Assembly (NCBI GenBank): GCA_965204745.1
Contig: OZ242010.1
Coordinates: 4,608,001 to 4,672,000 of the forward strand
From: Candidatus Latescibacterota bacterium
GTDB taxonomy: Bacteria > Latescibacterota > UBA2968
Direction: 5' to 3'
DNA: 64,000 bases
A program made the translations under genes and the position numbers. The notes under the pieces were generated by a model. It worked only from the letters and a program-made list of their open reading frames with translations. It was not told the DNA's origin and searched no databases. Shown piece after piece: positions 30,198-40,181 of the stretch; the first letter of the stretch is position 1, and every line of letters begins with the position of its first letter.

Positions 30198-31697
30198 ATG
30201 GCATCCAAAAAGAATTTTGCGTTGTTCATCGCGGTTGCCTTCGCGCTCGTGGTGATCGGCAACATGGTTTCCCGCGGTTTTTTCTTTCGCCTCGATTTGA
30301 CGGAAAATCGGATTTATTCCCTGTCGTCTTCGAGCCAAGCGATGCTCGTCAAGGTGGAGGATCTCTTGACCGCCAAGGTGTATTTTTCCGAAAATTTGCC
30401 CGGGCAATACGGCAATACGCGGCGGTATTTGCAGGATATTTTGGAGGAATACGCCGCGTATTCAGATGGCAATTTCCGGTTTGAGTTTTACATGCCAGAC
30501 GACGATGAAACCCTGGCCCTCGACGCGCAAAAATCCGGCATTCAACCCGTGCAGTTGCAGGTGCTCGAAAACGACAAGTTCGAAGTCAAGCGCGTCTATA
30601 TGGGCATGGTGCTGCTCTACGGCGACGAGCGGGAGGTGTTGCCGGTCATTCAGACGACCACGGGTTTGGAATACGAGATCACGACCCGCATCAAGAAACT
30701 GGTGGATGAAAACCGCGCGGTGGTCGGGATAGCAACCGTGGGGACTGACGCGCCTGCGATGGATCGGATCAGCGCGAAGTTGCGCGAAGCCTACGACGTG
30801 CGCTCGGTCTATCTCAGCGCGGGCGTGCCCAGCGATATCGAGATGCTGCTCGTCAATGGCGTATCCGATTCCCTGTCTGAAGACGCGCTCGGCGCGTTGA
30901 AGGGCTATATCAACCGGGGGGGCAATCTGTTTTTGGCGCAAAGCAAGATCGATGGGGACCTTCAGGCGCAACAAGGGACGCCGATCCAGTCGAATATCTT
31001 TGAGGCGCTCGAACCCTTTGGCGTGAGCTTGGCCGACAATTTGGTGATGGACCGGATTTGTGGCACGATCACCGTGTCGCAACAGCGCGGGTTTTTGCGG
31101 TTTAATTCGGCTGTGGAATATCCCTTCTTTCCCGTGCTACAAACATTCCCGGACCACGAGATCGTCTCGGGCTTAGAGCAGGTGCAGATGCTGTTTTCCA
31201 GCGAGATCATCTACGACAGTGCCGATTCCACGCGCCTGGTCGCGCCCTTGTTGGTCACGTCTGATCATTCGAGCGCGGCGGCCGGGTTTATCAATCTCAA
31301 CCCGATTCAGAATCAGGCGTTTCAATCCCTCAACGAACCGGGCAAGGTGGTGGGCGTGTACGCCACGGCTACCTCAGACAGCTTGGAAAACGCGATGAGC
31401 CAACTGGTGCTGGTTTCCACCTCCGATTTTCTGCTCGACAATGGGGGCGGGCAAGTGCCGTCCAATGGGATTTTTGCGATGAATGCCGTGGATGTGCTCA
31501 TCGGCGACCGGGATTTGGTGGCGTTGCGGTCGCGCGAGATTACGACTCGGCCATTGCAAACCGTGGACGATGCGACCCGAACCACCTTGAAGACGATCAA
31601 TATCGTGCTGCCCGCGTTGCTGGTGATGGGCTATGGCCTGTTCCAGTGGTGGCGCGAGGCCGCACGGGCAAAGCGATTGGAGGGGCTTTATGAGTAA
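30198..31697 (+). CDS. GldG-like ABC auxiliary component
   Basis: RLDLTENRIYSLS, LEYEIT, YINRGG; N- and C-terminal TMs. Confidence 0.85.
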   Translation: MASKKNFALFIAVAFALVVIGNMVSRGFFFRLDLTENRIYSLSSSSQAMLVKVEDLLTAKVYFSENLPGQYGNTRRYLQDILEEYAAYSDGNFRFEFYMPDDDETLALDAQKSGIQPVQLQVLENDKFEVKRVYMGMVLLYGDEREVLPVIQTTTGLEYEITTRIKKLVDENRAVVGIATVGTDAPAMDRISAKLREAYDVRSVYLSAGVPSDIEMLLVNGVSDSLSEDALGALKGYINRGGNLFLAQSKIDGDLQAQQGTPIQSNIFEALEPFGVSLADNLVMDRICGTITVSQQRGFLRFNSAVEYPFFPVLQTFPDHEIVSGLEQVQMLFSSEIIYDSADSTRLVAPLLVTSDHSSAAAGFINLNPIQNQAFQSLNEPGKVVGVYATATSDSLENAMSQLVLVSTSDFLLDNGGGQVPSNGIFAMNAVDVLIGDRDLVALRSREITTRPLQTVDDATRTTLKTINIVLPALLVMGYGLFQWWREAARAKRLEGLYE

Positions 31698-32361
31698 TCT
31701 GAAATGGCTGCTCATCGGCATTGTGGTGCTGCTGGGGATTTACGCGCTGTTGCAGGTGCGCGAAAGCGGGTACGCAACGCCAAAGGGCGCGGTGTTTCCC
31801 GAGCAGACAGATGGGATTTACGCGGTTGAAATGATCGCGGCGGGCGATAGTTTGACCCTTAAGAAAAAGGATCTCGCGTGGACCATTGTGGGGCACGATA
31901 CCCTGAAGGTGCGCGACCACAGGTTGACGGCCCTGTTCGATCAGGTGCTGAAGGTGAGCCGCGAGACCCCGATGACGCAAAAGGCGGACAACTGGGCCAA
32001 ATACGCGGTGGATGATTCGGCAGGCACGCACGTCAGAGTGTACGATGCAAAAGGCGAGTTGCTGACCCACGCGGTATTCGGCAGGTCGAGCACGGATTGG
32101 GCGCGCAATTACGTGCGTATCGGCGCAGGCCCCGAGGTGTATTTGACGGACCGTAGCATCGTCTATCAAGTCAGCACAGACGCGACCTTCTGGGGCGAGA
32201 AACCACCCGAACCCGCGCCCGCGGATTCCTCTGCGTCAGAAGCATCTGCGAGCGGCGATCCGCCGGATTCTTCTGCATCGGGAAAACCCACAGCTACCGA
32301 GAACCCGTCAACGCCCGCGCCTGCGGCGATGGATTCCACCAAAGCGGAAAACGAGGAATAG
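31690..32361 (+). CDS. DUF4340 domain protein with low-complexity P/A/S tail
   Basis: N-terminal TM; NYVR..EVYL pattern; usual fourth gene after gldAFG-like genes. Confidence 0.7.
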   Translation: MSNLKWLLIGIVVLLGIYALLQVRESGYATPKGAVFPEQTDGIYAVEMIAAGDSLTLKKKDLAWTIVGHDTLKVRDHRLTALFDQVLKVSRETPMTQKADNWAKYAVDDSAGTHVRVYDAKGELLTHAVFGRSSTDWARNYVRIGAGPEVYLTDRSIVYQVSTDATFWGEKPPEPAPADSSASEASASGDPPDSSASGKPTATENPSTPAPAAMDSTKAENEE

Positions 32362-32390
32362 CCGTGCGGGGTTACACATAGCGAAAAAAG

Positions 32391-32428
32391 AAAAAGGGTC
32401 GCGGTACATTTGTACCGTGACCCTTTTG
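32391..32428. terminator. Bidirectional intrinsic terminator
   Basis: AAAAGGGTCGCGGTAC-attt-GTACCGTGACCCTTTT between convergent genes. Confidence 0.8.
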
Positions 32429-32449
32429 TTTTGGAGATGGCTGTTGGCG

Positions 32450-32722
32450 TTAAGAAGTCAGCACCGGTTCTTGCAGGTACCAATTCCGCGCATTATCCGT
32501 CAGCGACACCGCGTCGATACCGCCGAGACGGATAGCGTATTTTGCCCGTTCATCGCCTGTAATAATAAAAAATTGGGGATGGCTTCTGACGATTTTGCTG
32601 ACCGTTTCAGAGGGGATATTTGTATCTCTCGAAATGCCCCCAAACGTGCGCCATTTCCCTCTAGAGTGATAGATCACTCTGACAATATCTCTGATCGTTT
32701 CTCGATCATTCAGATCCTCCAT
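32450..32722 (-). CDS. Small hypothetical protein, possibly winged-HTH-like
   Basis: 90-aa ORF with strong SD AGGAGG; WRTFGGISRDTNIPSETVSKIV is HTH-like. Confidence 0.55.
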   Translation of the reverse strand: MEDLNDRETIRDIVRVIYHSRGKWRTFGGISRDTNIPSETVSKIVRSHPQFFIITGDERAKYAIRLGGIDAVSLTDNARNWYLQEPVLTS

Positions 32723-32759
32723 TTTCTTCCTCCTTTGATTGTGACCGCCGGCGAATATA

Positions 32760-33211
32760 ATACCAATTTGATTTTAAGTTGTCCGCATCCCGCTTCACAT
32801 CAGAGATGAATGAGGAACAGACATTGCTTGTGCCTCAAGCGTTTGGCCCTACAGCATCGTTTGTTGCCTTTGATGCCTTCGGCGACTTACTTTTTTTCAA
32901 CAGCAAAAAAAAGTAAGCGAGCGGGGTACAACTGCCCCAGCAGTTCAAAAATGCCGCTCTCAAACGCCGAGAGGCTTGCACAGCGCAAATCGCTTTTGTA
33001 ACAGAACGATATACGCCAGCCTGCAAGGTGGGTTGCAATATGGACATTGGTTGCGAAACGGACTTGCGTGCTGTGCGTGATGGTTTTAGCTGATGGGCTT
33101 TTGCGATGGCATGGGTGCCATGACTTCTCTGAATGACTGTGTAACGTCAAGAGGATCAATCGCTGGTAGCATATCGCATCACATCAAGTCAGCAGAAAAG
33201 CAATTTGGTAT
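32760..33211. mobile_element. Non-coding MITE-like element with ATACCAA(T/A)TTG terminal inverted repeats
   Basis: ATACCAATTTG at 32760 and CAATTTGGTAT ending at 33211; left ~70 bp recurs at ~42034-42104; core 32838-33104 recurs inverted at ~56048-56312. Confidence 0.6.
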
Positions 33212-33297
33212 AATCAGCTACGAGGTCGGTAACAGCATCTCTATCGGATGTCGAGAATTGCTACGGCGACTGGCTATTCCTTTCCGCTATGTTGCTG

Positions 33298-33681
33298 TTA
33301 ATGCGTCAATTGTTGCACCTGTTCCAGCAGTGGTTCGACATGCGCGAGGGCAGCTTGCCGATCAATGGGGTCGGTATCTATGTCGATCCCTTCATAGCGA
33401 AACTCGACAGCGTAGGCGGTGTATCCAATCAATTCCTGGAAGGGCATGGTATCGATCCCTTTATCGGCGAGGAGATTCAGCAACACTGCGAGGTTGTGAG
33501 TCAGCGGGTACGTCTGACCGAGCAACGCGAGCCACGCCTTGAACAATTTTTCAGCCGCTTGCTGTACGTGGAAGCCAAAGATCTCATCGGCAAAAACAGA
33601 GGCGTTTTCCATCCCTCGAAGGGCTTCAATATCGCGCTTGGCGGCTTCCATCAGCCTGCACGCGCATTTAAGGTCTTTCAT
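33298..33681 (-). CDS. HEPN domain protein (HEPN/MNT toxin-antitoxin pair)
   Basis: FHVQQAAEKLFKA, THNL and AVEFRY motifs; overlaps the upstream MNT gene. Confidence 0.88.
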   Translation of the reverse strand: MKDLKCACRLMEAAKRDIEALRGMENASVFADEIFGFHVQQAAEKLFKAWLALLGQTYPLTHNLAVLLNLLADKGIDTMPFQELIGYTAYAVEFRYEGIDIDTDPIDRQAALAHVEPLLEQVQQLTH

Positions 33682-34003
33682 AGAGCACCTTTCCCTCTCG
33701 CAGGGCGCGGGCCAAGACGTGGTTGAGCGAGTCGCGCCAGTACGCGACATCGTCTTGGGAATAAACCAGGACATCGGCGGCGATGGGAAAACGCGCCAAG
33801 GCGTGGTAGAGTTTGACCATTTCCCCGTGCCGACTTCGGCCCGCGCCGAACGGTTCGGATTCCACGACCATGAGATCGACATCTGAATCTGCCCGGTCGT
33901 CGCCGCGTGCGCGAGAGCCAAAGAGGATCACCTGCTCGGGATCGACTTCATCGACAATGGCGTTTACCATCTGCTGGAGAAGCGTGTCGGTAATTTGTGT
34001 CAT
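33668..34003 (-). CDS. Minimal nucleotidyltransferase (MNT)
   Basis: ILFGSRARGD..DSDVDL, ALREGKVLYE. Confidence 0.9.
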   Translation of the reverse strand: MTQITDTLLQQMVNAIVDEVDPEQVILFGSRARGDDRADSDVDLMVVESEPFGAGRSRHGEMVKLYHALARFPIAADVLVYSQDDVAYWRDSLNHVLARALREGKVLYERP

Positions 34004-34186
34004 CGCAACGGAGAGGGGAGATGTTCTTTCCCCTTGTATCTTTAGGCGAGCACGGGAACTTCGCCCCTACACACACTACACACTGCTCGCCTTTTGTGTT
34101 TTTGTGCTTTTGAACTGGCTATCGCCAGTTGTACCCCGCTCGTGGCTAAAATCCCATCTTCCTCGTAGGCACAGGCGTAGCCCATT

Positions 34187-36724
34187 CTAAAGATCAAACG
34201 TGTATTTCCCGTACCAGAACGCGCCGCCAAAGCCGTAGGGGCTGTGTTCGCCGAAGGGTCTGCCGAGGCCGGTTGCGGGGTCCTCGCCTGAGATCGCGTT
34301 CTCGTAATTCGTCGGCTCGGTGTTGAGGGCATTTTGAACGCCGATAGTGAGTGTCGATCCCAGGCCGAGTGACAAACTCGATTCGAGGTCGAGCAAGATC
34401 GCGCTGCCAAAAATTTGGTGGCCCCAGTTCCACTCGTCCCACGAACCGTAATAACTGACCCGGCCCAACGCGCGCCAGTTGTCGGTTGGAGATTGGGTCA
34501 AGGTCACGTTCCCGCGGTGCCGGGGAAGTCCTCTTTCCAAGAGGGTGATGCGTTTTTGGTTGACCAAGTCTTCATCGTATTTGGTCACTTCGGTTTGCGT
34601 GAAATTGTACGCGAGGCTCAGTTCTCCCTTAGCGAACGGCGCGGTGAGCACGATGTCGATCCCTTGGGTGCGCGTTTCAAAATTGTTGGTGAAGAAGCGG
34701 AACTCTTGCAGGTTGGTGATGCCCGCTACGCGCAGTTGTTCTCTTTGCACGGCGTCGAGTTCGTCCAACTTGAAGTCCTGCGACGTGGTCAGGCGGTCTT
34801 TCACCACGATGTTGAAATAGTCGAGGGTGACGCTGACCGGGGCGAGGGTGACAACCGTGCCGGCCGAAAAATTGATCGATTTTTCCGGCAGTAGCACATC
34901 GCCGCCCACCAGTGCCGCGGCCGGGTGCGTGGAGGGAATCGTGGCTTTGTTGATCAAGATGAGATTGCCTTCGTCATCCTCGCCGGGCTCTGTGGTCTCG
35001 TTGTACGCGTTTTGTTGCCCGGGCGTGGGTGCTCTGAAGCCGGTGCTGAACGAGGCGCGCACTTTCACATTTTCGTTGACCCCGTAGTTGGTCGCCAATT
35101 TGTAATTGATCGTGGAGCCAAACCCCTCAAAATTTTCAAACCGCAACGCGACGCCGACCAAATAGTTGTCCTGTGGATTAAATTCCGCATCGCCGTAAAT
35201 CGCCCAGTTGGACCGGCGCCACGCTCCTGCGGCGACATTGCTGAATCCCGGAAACCCATTGGAACTCGGCAAAAAACCGTAGCGCGCCAACGGGCCCACT
35301 TCGTAGGACTTCGGCTCGCCGCTTGCGATCTCAAACTTTTCAAAGCGATATTCCAGCCCGGTTGCAAAAAAGAACCGCTCGCTAAACGGATAGGTCACAT
35401 CGAAATTGAAATTGGTATCGGTTTGGATGTACGCGCCCGGATCAAATGACATCGGCGTGTCAGGCCCTAAAGACGCATTGATGGTGCGGTTGATGAAGAA
35501 ATCGGTTTCGTGCCGCCCATAAGACGCGCTGAGGTCCCATGACAGCAGCGATTTCGCGCCCTTGATGCCGGCCAACAGGGCGCGGTCTTGCGTGGTCGCG
35601 CCAAACCGGGGCGTGAACCCATTGGGAAACAGTTCTTGGAATGTGAACAGATCCGGATCGTCGAAAACCCGTCGCAGGGAATCCGGCTGCGGCACGTCCT
35701 TGTCGATGGGCACGACCGGGACCTCGCCGCCGCTCAAACTGCCGATGAGCAGGGTCTCGCCCTTGTCAATGCTGTACACGCCGTGCCGCTCATTGGGATT
35801 GCGGAAGTAGAACCCGCCCTCCACTTCCTTGCTGGCAAAGTTGCCGTGCCCGTAAAATTCGACATTGTCGTTGATGGACGCGCTGTAATTGGCAAAGAGT
35901 TTCAGGTCATTGCGAACGATGGGCTGCCCCCAGGGTTGGGCGGGATCGGGGATGTCCTTGCCCAGCGCGATCAGGCGTGCGGCATCGGCGCGTTGCACAG
36001 CGCGGTCCGTCTCATCCGCGTTGCCGTACTCCGCGCTGAGGTTTATCCAAGTCCGATCATTGCCCAAGCCGACATTGCCCGCGACGCTGTAGGTAAATCC
36101 ATCGCCGGCTTGAAAAATGCCGGGTTTGAGTTGAAAAGACGCGCCTTTGTGGTTGTCCTTGAGTTGGAAGTTCATCACCCCGGCAATGGCGTCAGAGCCG
36201 TATTGCGCGGACGCGCCGTCGCGCAGGACTTCCACGCGCTTCAATGCAAGGGCCGGGATCGGGGATATGTCTGGCCCTTGCGCCGCGTCGGATACGCCCG
36301 TGGGCCACCACGAGATCACGGAGCCGCGGTGGCGGCGTTTGCCATTGACGAGCACTAAGGTGTGATCGGGTGCCAGGCCGCGCAGGTTGGCCGGGCGGAC
36401 AAAGGTGGCGGCATCGCTTATCGGCTGGATGTTCACGTTGTAAGACGGCACGACGTTCCGCAACAGGTCCGGCAAGTCCGCGCCGCCCTGGTTGACGAAA
36501 TCCTCGCCTGAAACCACGTCAATGGGCACGGCGGATTCGGCGACTGAACGCGGTCGCGCACGCGAACCGGTCACCACCAATTCTTCGAGCACGACCACGT
36601 CAGAGAGGATATCCGCGAACTCGACCGAAGTGGTATCCGCGCTTGCCGGCGGATTTTCCTGCGCGATAGCAAGGCTGCTCATGGCGAGCGCGATGACGAG
36701 GGCGATGAGATACTTGTGCGGCAT
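34187..36724 (-). CDS. TonB-dependent receptor
   Basis: Signal peptide; EELVVTGSR TonB box, LRGL, VLVNGKR, RVEVLRDGASAQYGSDAIAGV plug, TGFRAP. Confidence 0.93.
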   Translation of the reverse strand: MPHKYLIALVIALAMSSLAIAQENPPASADTTSVEFADILSDVVVLEELVVTGSRARPRSVAESAVPIDVVSGEDFVNQGGADLPDLLRNVVPSYNVNIQPISDAATFVRPANLRGLAPDHTLVLVNGKRRHRGSVISWWPTGVSDAAQGPDISPIPALALKRVEVLRDGASAQYGSDAIAGVMNFQLKDNHKGASFQLKPGIFQAGDGFTYSVAGNVGLGNDRTWINLSAEYGNADETDRAVQRADAARLIALGKDIPDPAQPWGQPIVRNDLKLFANYSASINDNVEFYGHGNFASKEVEGGFYFRNPNERHGVYSIDKGETLLIGSLSGGEVPVVPIDKDVPQPDSLRRVFDDPDLFTFQELFPNGFTPRFGATTQDRALLAGIKGAKSLLSWDLSASYGRHETDFFINRTINASLGPDTPMSFDPGAYIQTDTNFNFDVTYPFSERFFFATGLEYRFEKFEIASGEPKSYEVGPLARYGFLPSSNGFPGFSNVAAGAWRRSNWAIYGDAEFNPQDNYLVGVALRFENFEGFGSTINYKLATNYGVNENVKVRASFSTGFRAPTPGQQNAYNETTEPGEDDEGNLILINKATIPSTHPAAALVGGDVLLPEKSINFSAGTVVTLAPVSVTLDYFNIVVKDRLTTSQDFKLDELDAVQREQLRVAGITNLQEFRFFTNNFETRTQGIDIVLTAPFAKGELSLAYNFTQTEVTKYDEDLVNQKRITLLERGLPRHRGNVTLTQSPTDNWRALGRVSYYGSWDEWNWGHQIFGSAILLDLESSLSLGLGSTLTIGVQNALNTEPTNYENAISGEDPATGLGRPFGEHSPYGFGGAFWYGKYTFDL

Positions 36725-36751
36725 GGGATGCCTCCTTTGAGGGTGAGATGA

Positions 36752-37205
36752 GGTTGTGTTGACATTTCATTTTTTTCACGTTACGCACAGATTAGCAAAT
36801 GTGTTGCTTGCTCATTTAAGGCGTTTGGTCCTTTGATGGCTTAGGTTGCTCTGATGGCGTTGACCAAGGGGACCTATCCCCCGGCCCCTTTCCTACGAGG
36901 AAAGGGGAGTAAAGCTCCTTTGATGGCTTCTCGCTCTAGTTGCTCTGATGGCGTTGCGCGAGGGCATAAAGCGATTAAATATCCCTCATCAATCCCCTCG
37001 CAAAACCGCTCACCGTTCCCCCCTTCCTCAAAGGCACAGGCGTAGCCTACAACGAAGCGAAGCGAGTAACGGGGTTAGGGGGGTAGGTCCCGATAAGGAG
37101 CGACTGTTCCAGTTTCTCAAATCGAGAGCATATTCTGCGATAGGGCTTGATTTTCTCGATAAACCGCTCAAGCCAGTTGCTTTGCTCGTAAATGTCAACA
37201 GAACC
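36752..37205 (+). mobile_element. Non-autonomous MITE, full copy A, with GGTTSTGTTGACATTT TIRs
   Basis: ggttgtgttgacattt ... aaatgtcaacagaacc; no ORF; internal palindromes. Confidence 0.8.
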
Positions 37206-37425
37206 TAATAAAATAAGGGAATTATATACTTAACTAAACGAGTCTATGTTATTATATTTTTTTCTTAAGACAATGAATGAGAGTATTGTTTTTTGGAGGA
37301 ATTTGCAATGGCTACCGTGCCCACAGACAAGGATTTGACGTTAGGAGAAGCTTAAAAGGGATGCAAAGGGCATTGGGTTTATTCAAGTATATAATTCCCT
37401 AAAATTAAATGCGAAAGGAGATGCC

Positions 37426-37710
37426 GTGCAAACCATAACTGTATCACAACTCAAAACGTCGTTGCGGGCGTGCTTGCGCCAGGTCAAAACCGGTGAAGAA
37501 GTGATCATTACTGAACAGGGTCGTCCCATTGCGCGTTTGCTGCCCATCGCGCATCCTATATCCTCACCCGAGTATTTGAAAGACATGGAACAAAAAGGTC
37601 TGCTCAAGCGCGGGGCAAAGCCCTTGCCCGCGGATTTTTGGGACCTGCCTCGCCCCGCAGACCCCCATGCAACCGTGCGCTCGGCTGTCTTGAAAAACAG
37701 GGAAGAATGA
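37426..37710 (+). CDS. Phd/YefM family antitoxin
   Basis: ITVSQLKTSL..LRQVKTGEEVIITEQGRPIARLLP; SD AGGAG. Confidence 0.88.
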   Translation: MQTITVSQLKTSLRACLRQVKTGEEVIITEQGRPIARLLPIAHPISSPEYLKDMEQKGLLKRGAKPLPADFWDLPRPADPHATVRSAVLKNREE

Positions 37711-38141
37711 AATTTTGGGATACATCGGCGATTGTGCCGCTTTGTGTGCAGGAACCTACCTCGGTCACGGGATAAGAGATCCTCATTGCGGATCCTTCTG
37801 CTGGCGTGTGGTGGGGCACCCGCATTGAGTGTATTTCTGCCCTGATGCGTCAAGTGCGCGAGGGTAGCTTGACGCCTACGGACGAACAGGCCGCTCGCCA
37901 TGTGTTGCATATCTTAACCCAAAGCTGGACGGAGATACAACCGAGTGAGGCATTACGCGATACAGCCGAACGGTTATTGGCTCTGCATCCATTGCGGGCC
38001 GCGGATGCGTTGCAACTCGCTTCGGCGATCTTGTGGTGTCAGGGGATTACAGCGGAACAGAGTTTTGTCGCGTTTGATCGGCGCCTGCGTGATGCGAGTT
38101 ATCGAGAAGGCTTTACCGTGCTTCCGGATATGGAGCTATAA
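37707..38141 (+). pseudogene. VapC/PIN toxin with in-frame premature TAA at 37773-37775
   Basis: ATG 37707 reads MKFWDTSAIVPLCVQEPTSVTG*, then continues in frame EILIADPS..LRAADALQLASA..FDRRL. Confidence 0.85.
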
Positions 38142-38313
38142 CAACACAATGGCGTGTCTGAATACTGCGTAACGTCAGAGAGTAATTGCAACACGCCTCT
38201 CTGCGTTCGGTTGATTCGTAAGCCCCCAAGGTCGTGCGATTTTTCGTACGACCCTTTTCTTTTTTCTCCTTCCCTTGCCTTCCACCTTGTCTCTTTCCTC
38301 AAGCCGACCAGCC

Positions 38314-38724
38314 TTACCGCCGCGCTCCAGCTTCTTCTTTTTTGCCCCGCCCGACCAACTCGTCTATCGCCACCTCGAGCACATCCGCGAGACGGCGGAA
38401 CAGGTCGAGCGTTCCGGGTTTTTGACCGTTCTCAATTTGCGCTAGATATCCCTTGGAGACCCCTACGCCCTCGGCCAGCTGATCCAGCGTAAGCCCGCGG
38501 TATTTCCGCCACACGCGCAAGGGCGGCACGCCCTCCAAAATGGCCTTCACGACGGCGCCTGGGATCGTCTCACCTGCCGCGTCCTCGGCCCATGCCCGCT
38601 CGATAGCCGCCGCATCTGCCGCGTCTTCGAGGGCCGCCACCATGCGGCGATACTCCTCAATCGGAACGACGACATATTCGGGCTTGCCATCCTTCTCAAT
38701 GGTCTGTACGCCTTGTTCATTCAT
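38314..38724 (-). CDS. XRE-family HTH antitoxin (HigA-like)
   Basis: GKPEYVVVPIEEY N-terminus; LRVWRKYRGLTLDQLA..SKGYLAQIENG HTH. Confidence 0.85.
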   Translation of the reverse strand: MNEQGVQTIEKDGKPEYVVVPIEEYRRMVAALEDAADAAAIERAWAEDAAGETIPGAVVKAILEGVPPLRVWRKYRGLTLDQLAEGVGVSKGYLAQIENGQKPGTLDLFRRLADVLEVAIDELVGRGKKEEAGARR

Positions 38725-38872
38725 CGGTATACCTGTCCTCTCTGATCAATTTTTGCCACCAGCAACACCTCGCTCTCGTCGTCGAGCGAGTAGATCACGC
38801 GCCAGTCACCTACTCGGAGCCGGAAGTCGGCCCCCCGTCCCCGCAACCGCGTCGCGTTCGGTTGAGGCAACC
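38721..38872 (-). pseudogene. RelE/ParE toxin fragment lacking its N-terminus
   Basis: RLRGRGADFRLRVGDWRVIY..IDQRGQVYR; upstream in-frame sequence is not RelE-like. Confidence 0.7.
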
Positions 38873-38990
38873 AGCAAATGTCCAAAACAGGCCATACACA
38901 ATTGACAATACCCATCTCACTATATACATTCAACCCAACCCGACAACAGTAGAAGATACAGCGAAGACTTCAGAGAAGGAGGGAACGATC

Positions 38991-39266
38991 ATGCAGACGC
39001 CAACAAGAGAATGGATACATAAGACCGTGGATGGGCTTCCAGATAGAGAGGCGGAACAACTGAAAGAGTACCTCGAATTTCTAACATGGAAAGCCAAAGG
39101 GCAAGAGCCATTGTCGGAACAATCCCCCAAAAATCCGATTGCCCAACGCATCATCAAGGCAATGGAAAAACCGCCCCATGTCACCCATGAGGACATCAAA
39201 TCACTTTTGCAAGCTATAAAAGAAGCAAAACAACCGGCGCGTTTTGAATCGCCTTTTGACTCGTAG
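38991..39266 (+). CDS. Putative antitoxin
   Basis: SD AGGAGG; VDGLPD..LKEYLEFL pattern; precedes a PIN toxin. Confidence 0.65.
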   Translation: MQTPTREWIHKTVDGLPDREAEQLKEYLEFLTWKAKGQEPLSEQSPKNPIAQRIIKAMEKPPHVTHEDIKSLLQAIKEAKQPARFESPFDS

Positions 39267-39281
39267 AGGAACAGAAGACCA

Positions 39282-39701
39282 ATGGGCAAGTATCTGTTAG
39301 AAACCACAACTTGTAGCCATCTGATGCAAAATAATCCCGTCGTCAAGAGGCATTTGAACGCGCTGACCGATTCGGATGACCTCTTCACCATTCCCATTGT
39401 TCAGGGCGAGATATTATATGGGATTGAACGGTTGCCGACAGGAAGAAAACAGCGAGAGCTTTTGCAGAGAGCGAATAATCTGTTTGCCGAAATTCAATGC
39501 GACCCCATTCCGAAAGATACTGGCATCCACTACGCAAGACTCAAACGACAAGCCGAGAAGCAGGGAACCCCCGTCGCTGAAAACGACCTTTGGATCGCTG
39601 CGACTGCTCTGGCATTAGATGCGATTCTGGTGACTGCTGACAGCGATTTTCAGAAGGCGCGAGGCGTGTTCGACTTGCAGTTGGAAGATTGGACTATTTG
39701 A
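39282..39701 (+). CDS. VapC/PIN domain toxin
   Basis: YLLETT, GEILYG, ENDLWIAATA, LVTADSDF. Confidence 0.88.
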   Translation: MGKYLLETTTCSHLMQNNPVVKRHLNALTDSDDLFTIPIVQGEILYGIERLPTGRKQRELLQRANNLFAEIQCDPIPKDTGIHYARLKRQAEKQGTPVAENDLWIAATALALDAILVTADSDFQKARGVFDLQLEDWTI

Positions 39702-39708
39702 CAAAAAA

Positions 39709-39892
39709 TAAATGCGAAAGGAGATGCCGTGCAAACCACAACTGTATCACAACTCAAAACGTCGTTGCGGGCGTGCTTGCGCCAGGTCAAAGCCGGTGAA
39801 GAAGTGATCATTACTGAACCTGGTCGTCCCATTGCGCGTTTGCTGCCCATCATCACGTTGGGATTGATTTCAATGCGGTCTAAGTTGTGCAT
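39709..39892. pseudogene. Truncated duplicate of the Phd antitoxin (+) fused to a DUF433 5' fragment (-)
   Basis: 39709-39851 nearly identical to 37406-37548; minus strand from 39892 reads SD-MHNLDRIEINPNVMMG. Confidence 0.75.
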
Positions 39893-40108
39893 CGCCTATC
39901 CTCCAGTTCCTGTTTTTTAAGCCAGAATATATCCAGATGGCTTCGGGCTTGTCAATCGCGTTCTCTCTGCGTTTCGTTGATTCGTAAGCCCCCAAGGGGC
40001 GTGCGATTTCTCGTACGACCCTTTTTTGAGGATGGGTATCCTTGACTCAAGCATGCATTGTCAATCGCAATGCCCGCGGCGGGGGTGCAGGATTGAAAAA
40101 TGACATGA

Positions 40109-40137
40109 TTGACTTCACTGGGGCAAGGCGGTATATT
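40109..40137 (+). promoter_or_regulatory. Putative sigma70 promoter for lepA
   Basis: TTGACT-N17-TATATT. Confidence 0.55.
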
Positions 40138-40181
40138 CCCACTTGTTTTCGCATTCATTTTTCGCCATTTCAATTCGCACA

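Noticed and set aside
28547-32361. Gliding motility system
   Set aside because: gldAFG-like plus DUF4340 operons are widespread in non-gliding bacteria; no other gld/spr genes are here
37400-40030. Integron cassette array of TA genes
   Set aside because: No integrase, no convincing RYYYAAC..GTTRRRY attC sites, and genes in mixed orientation
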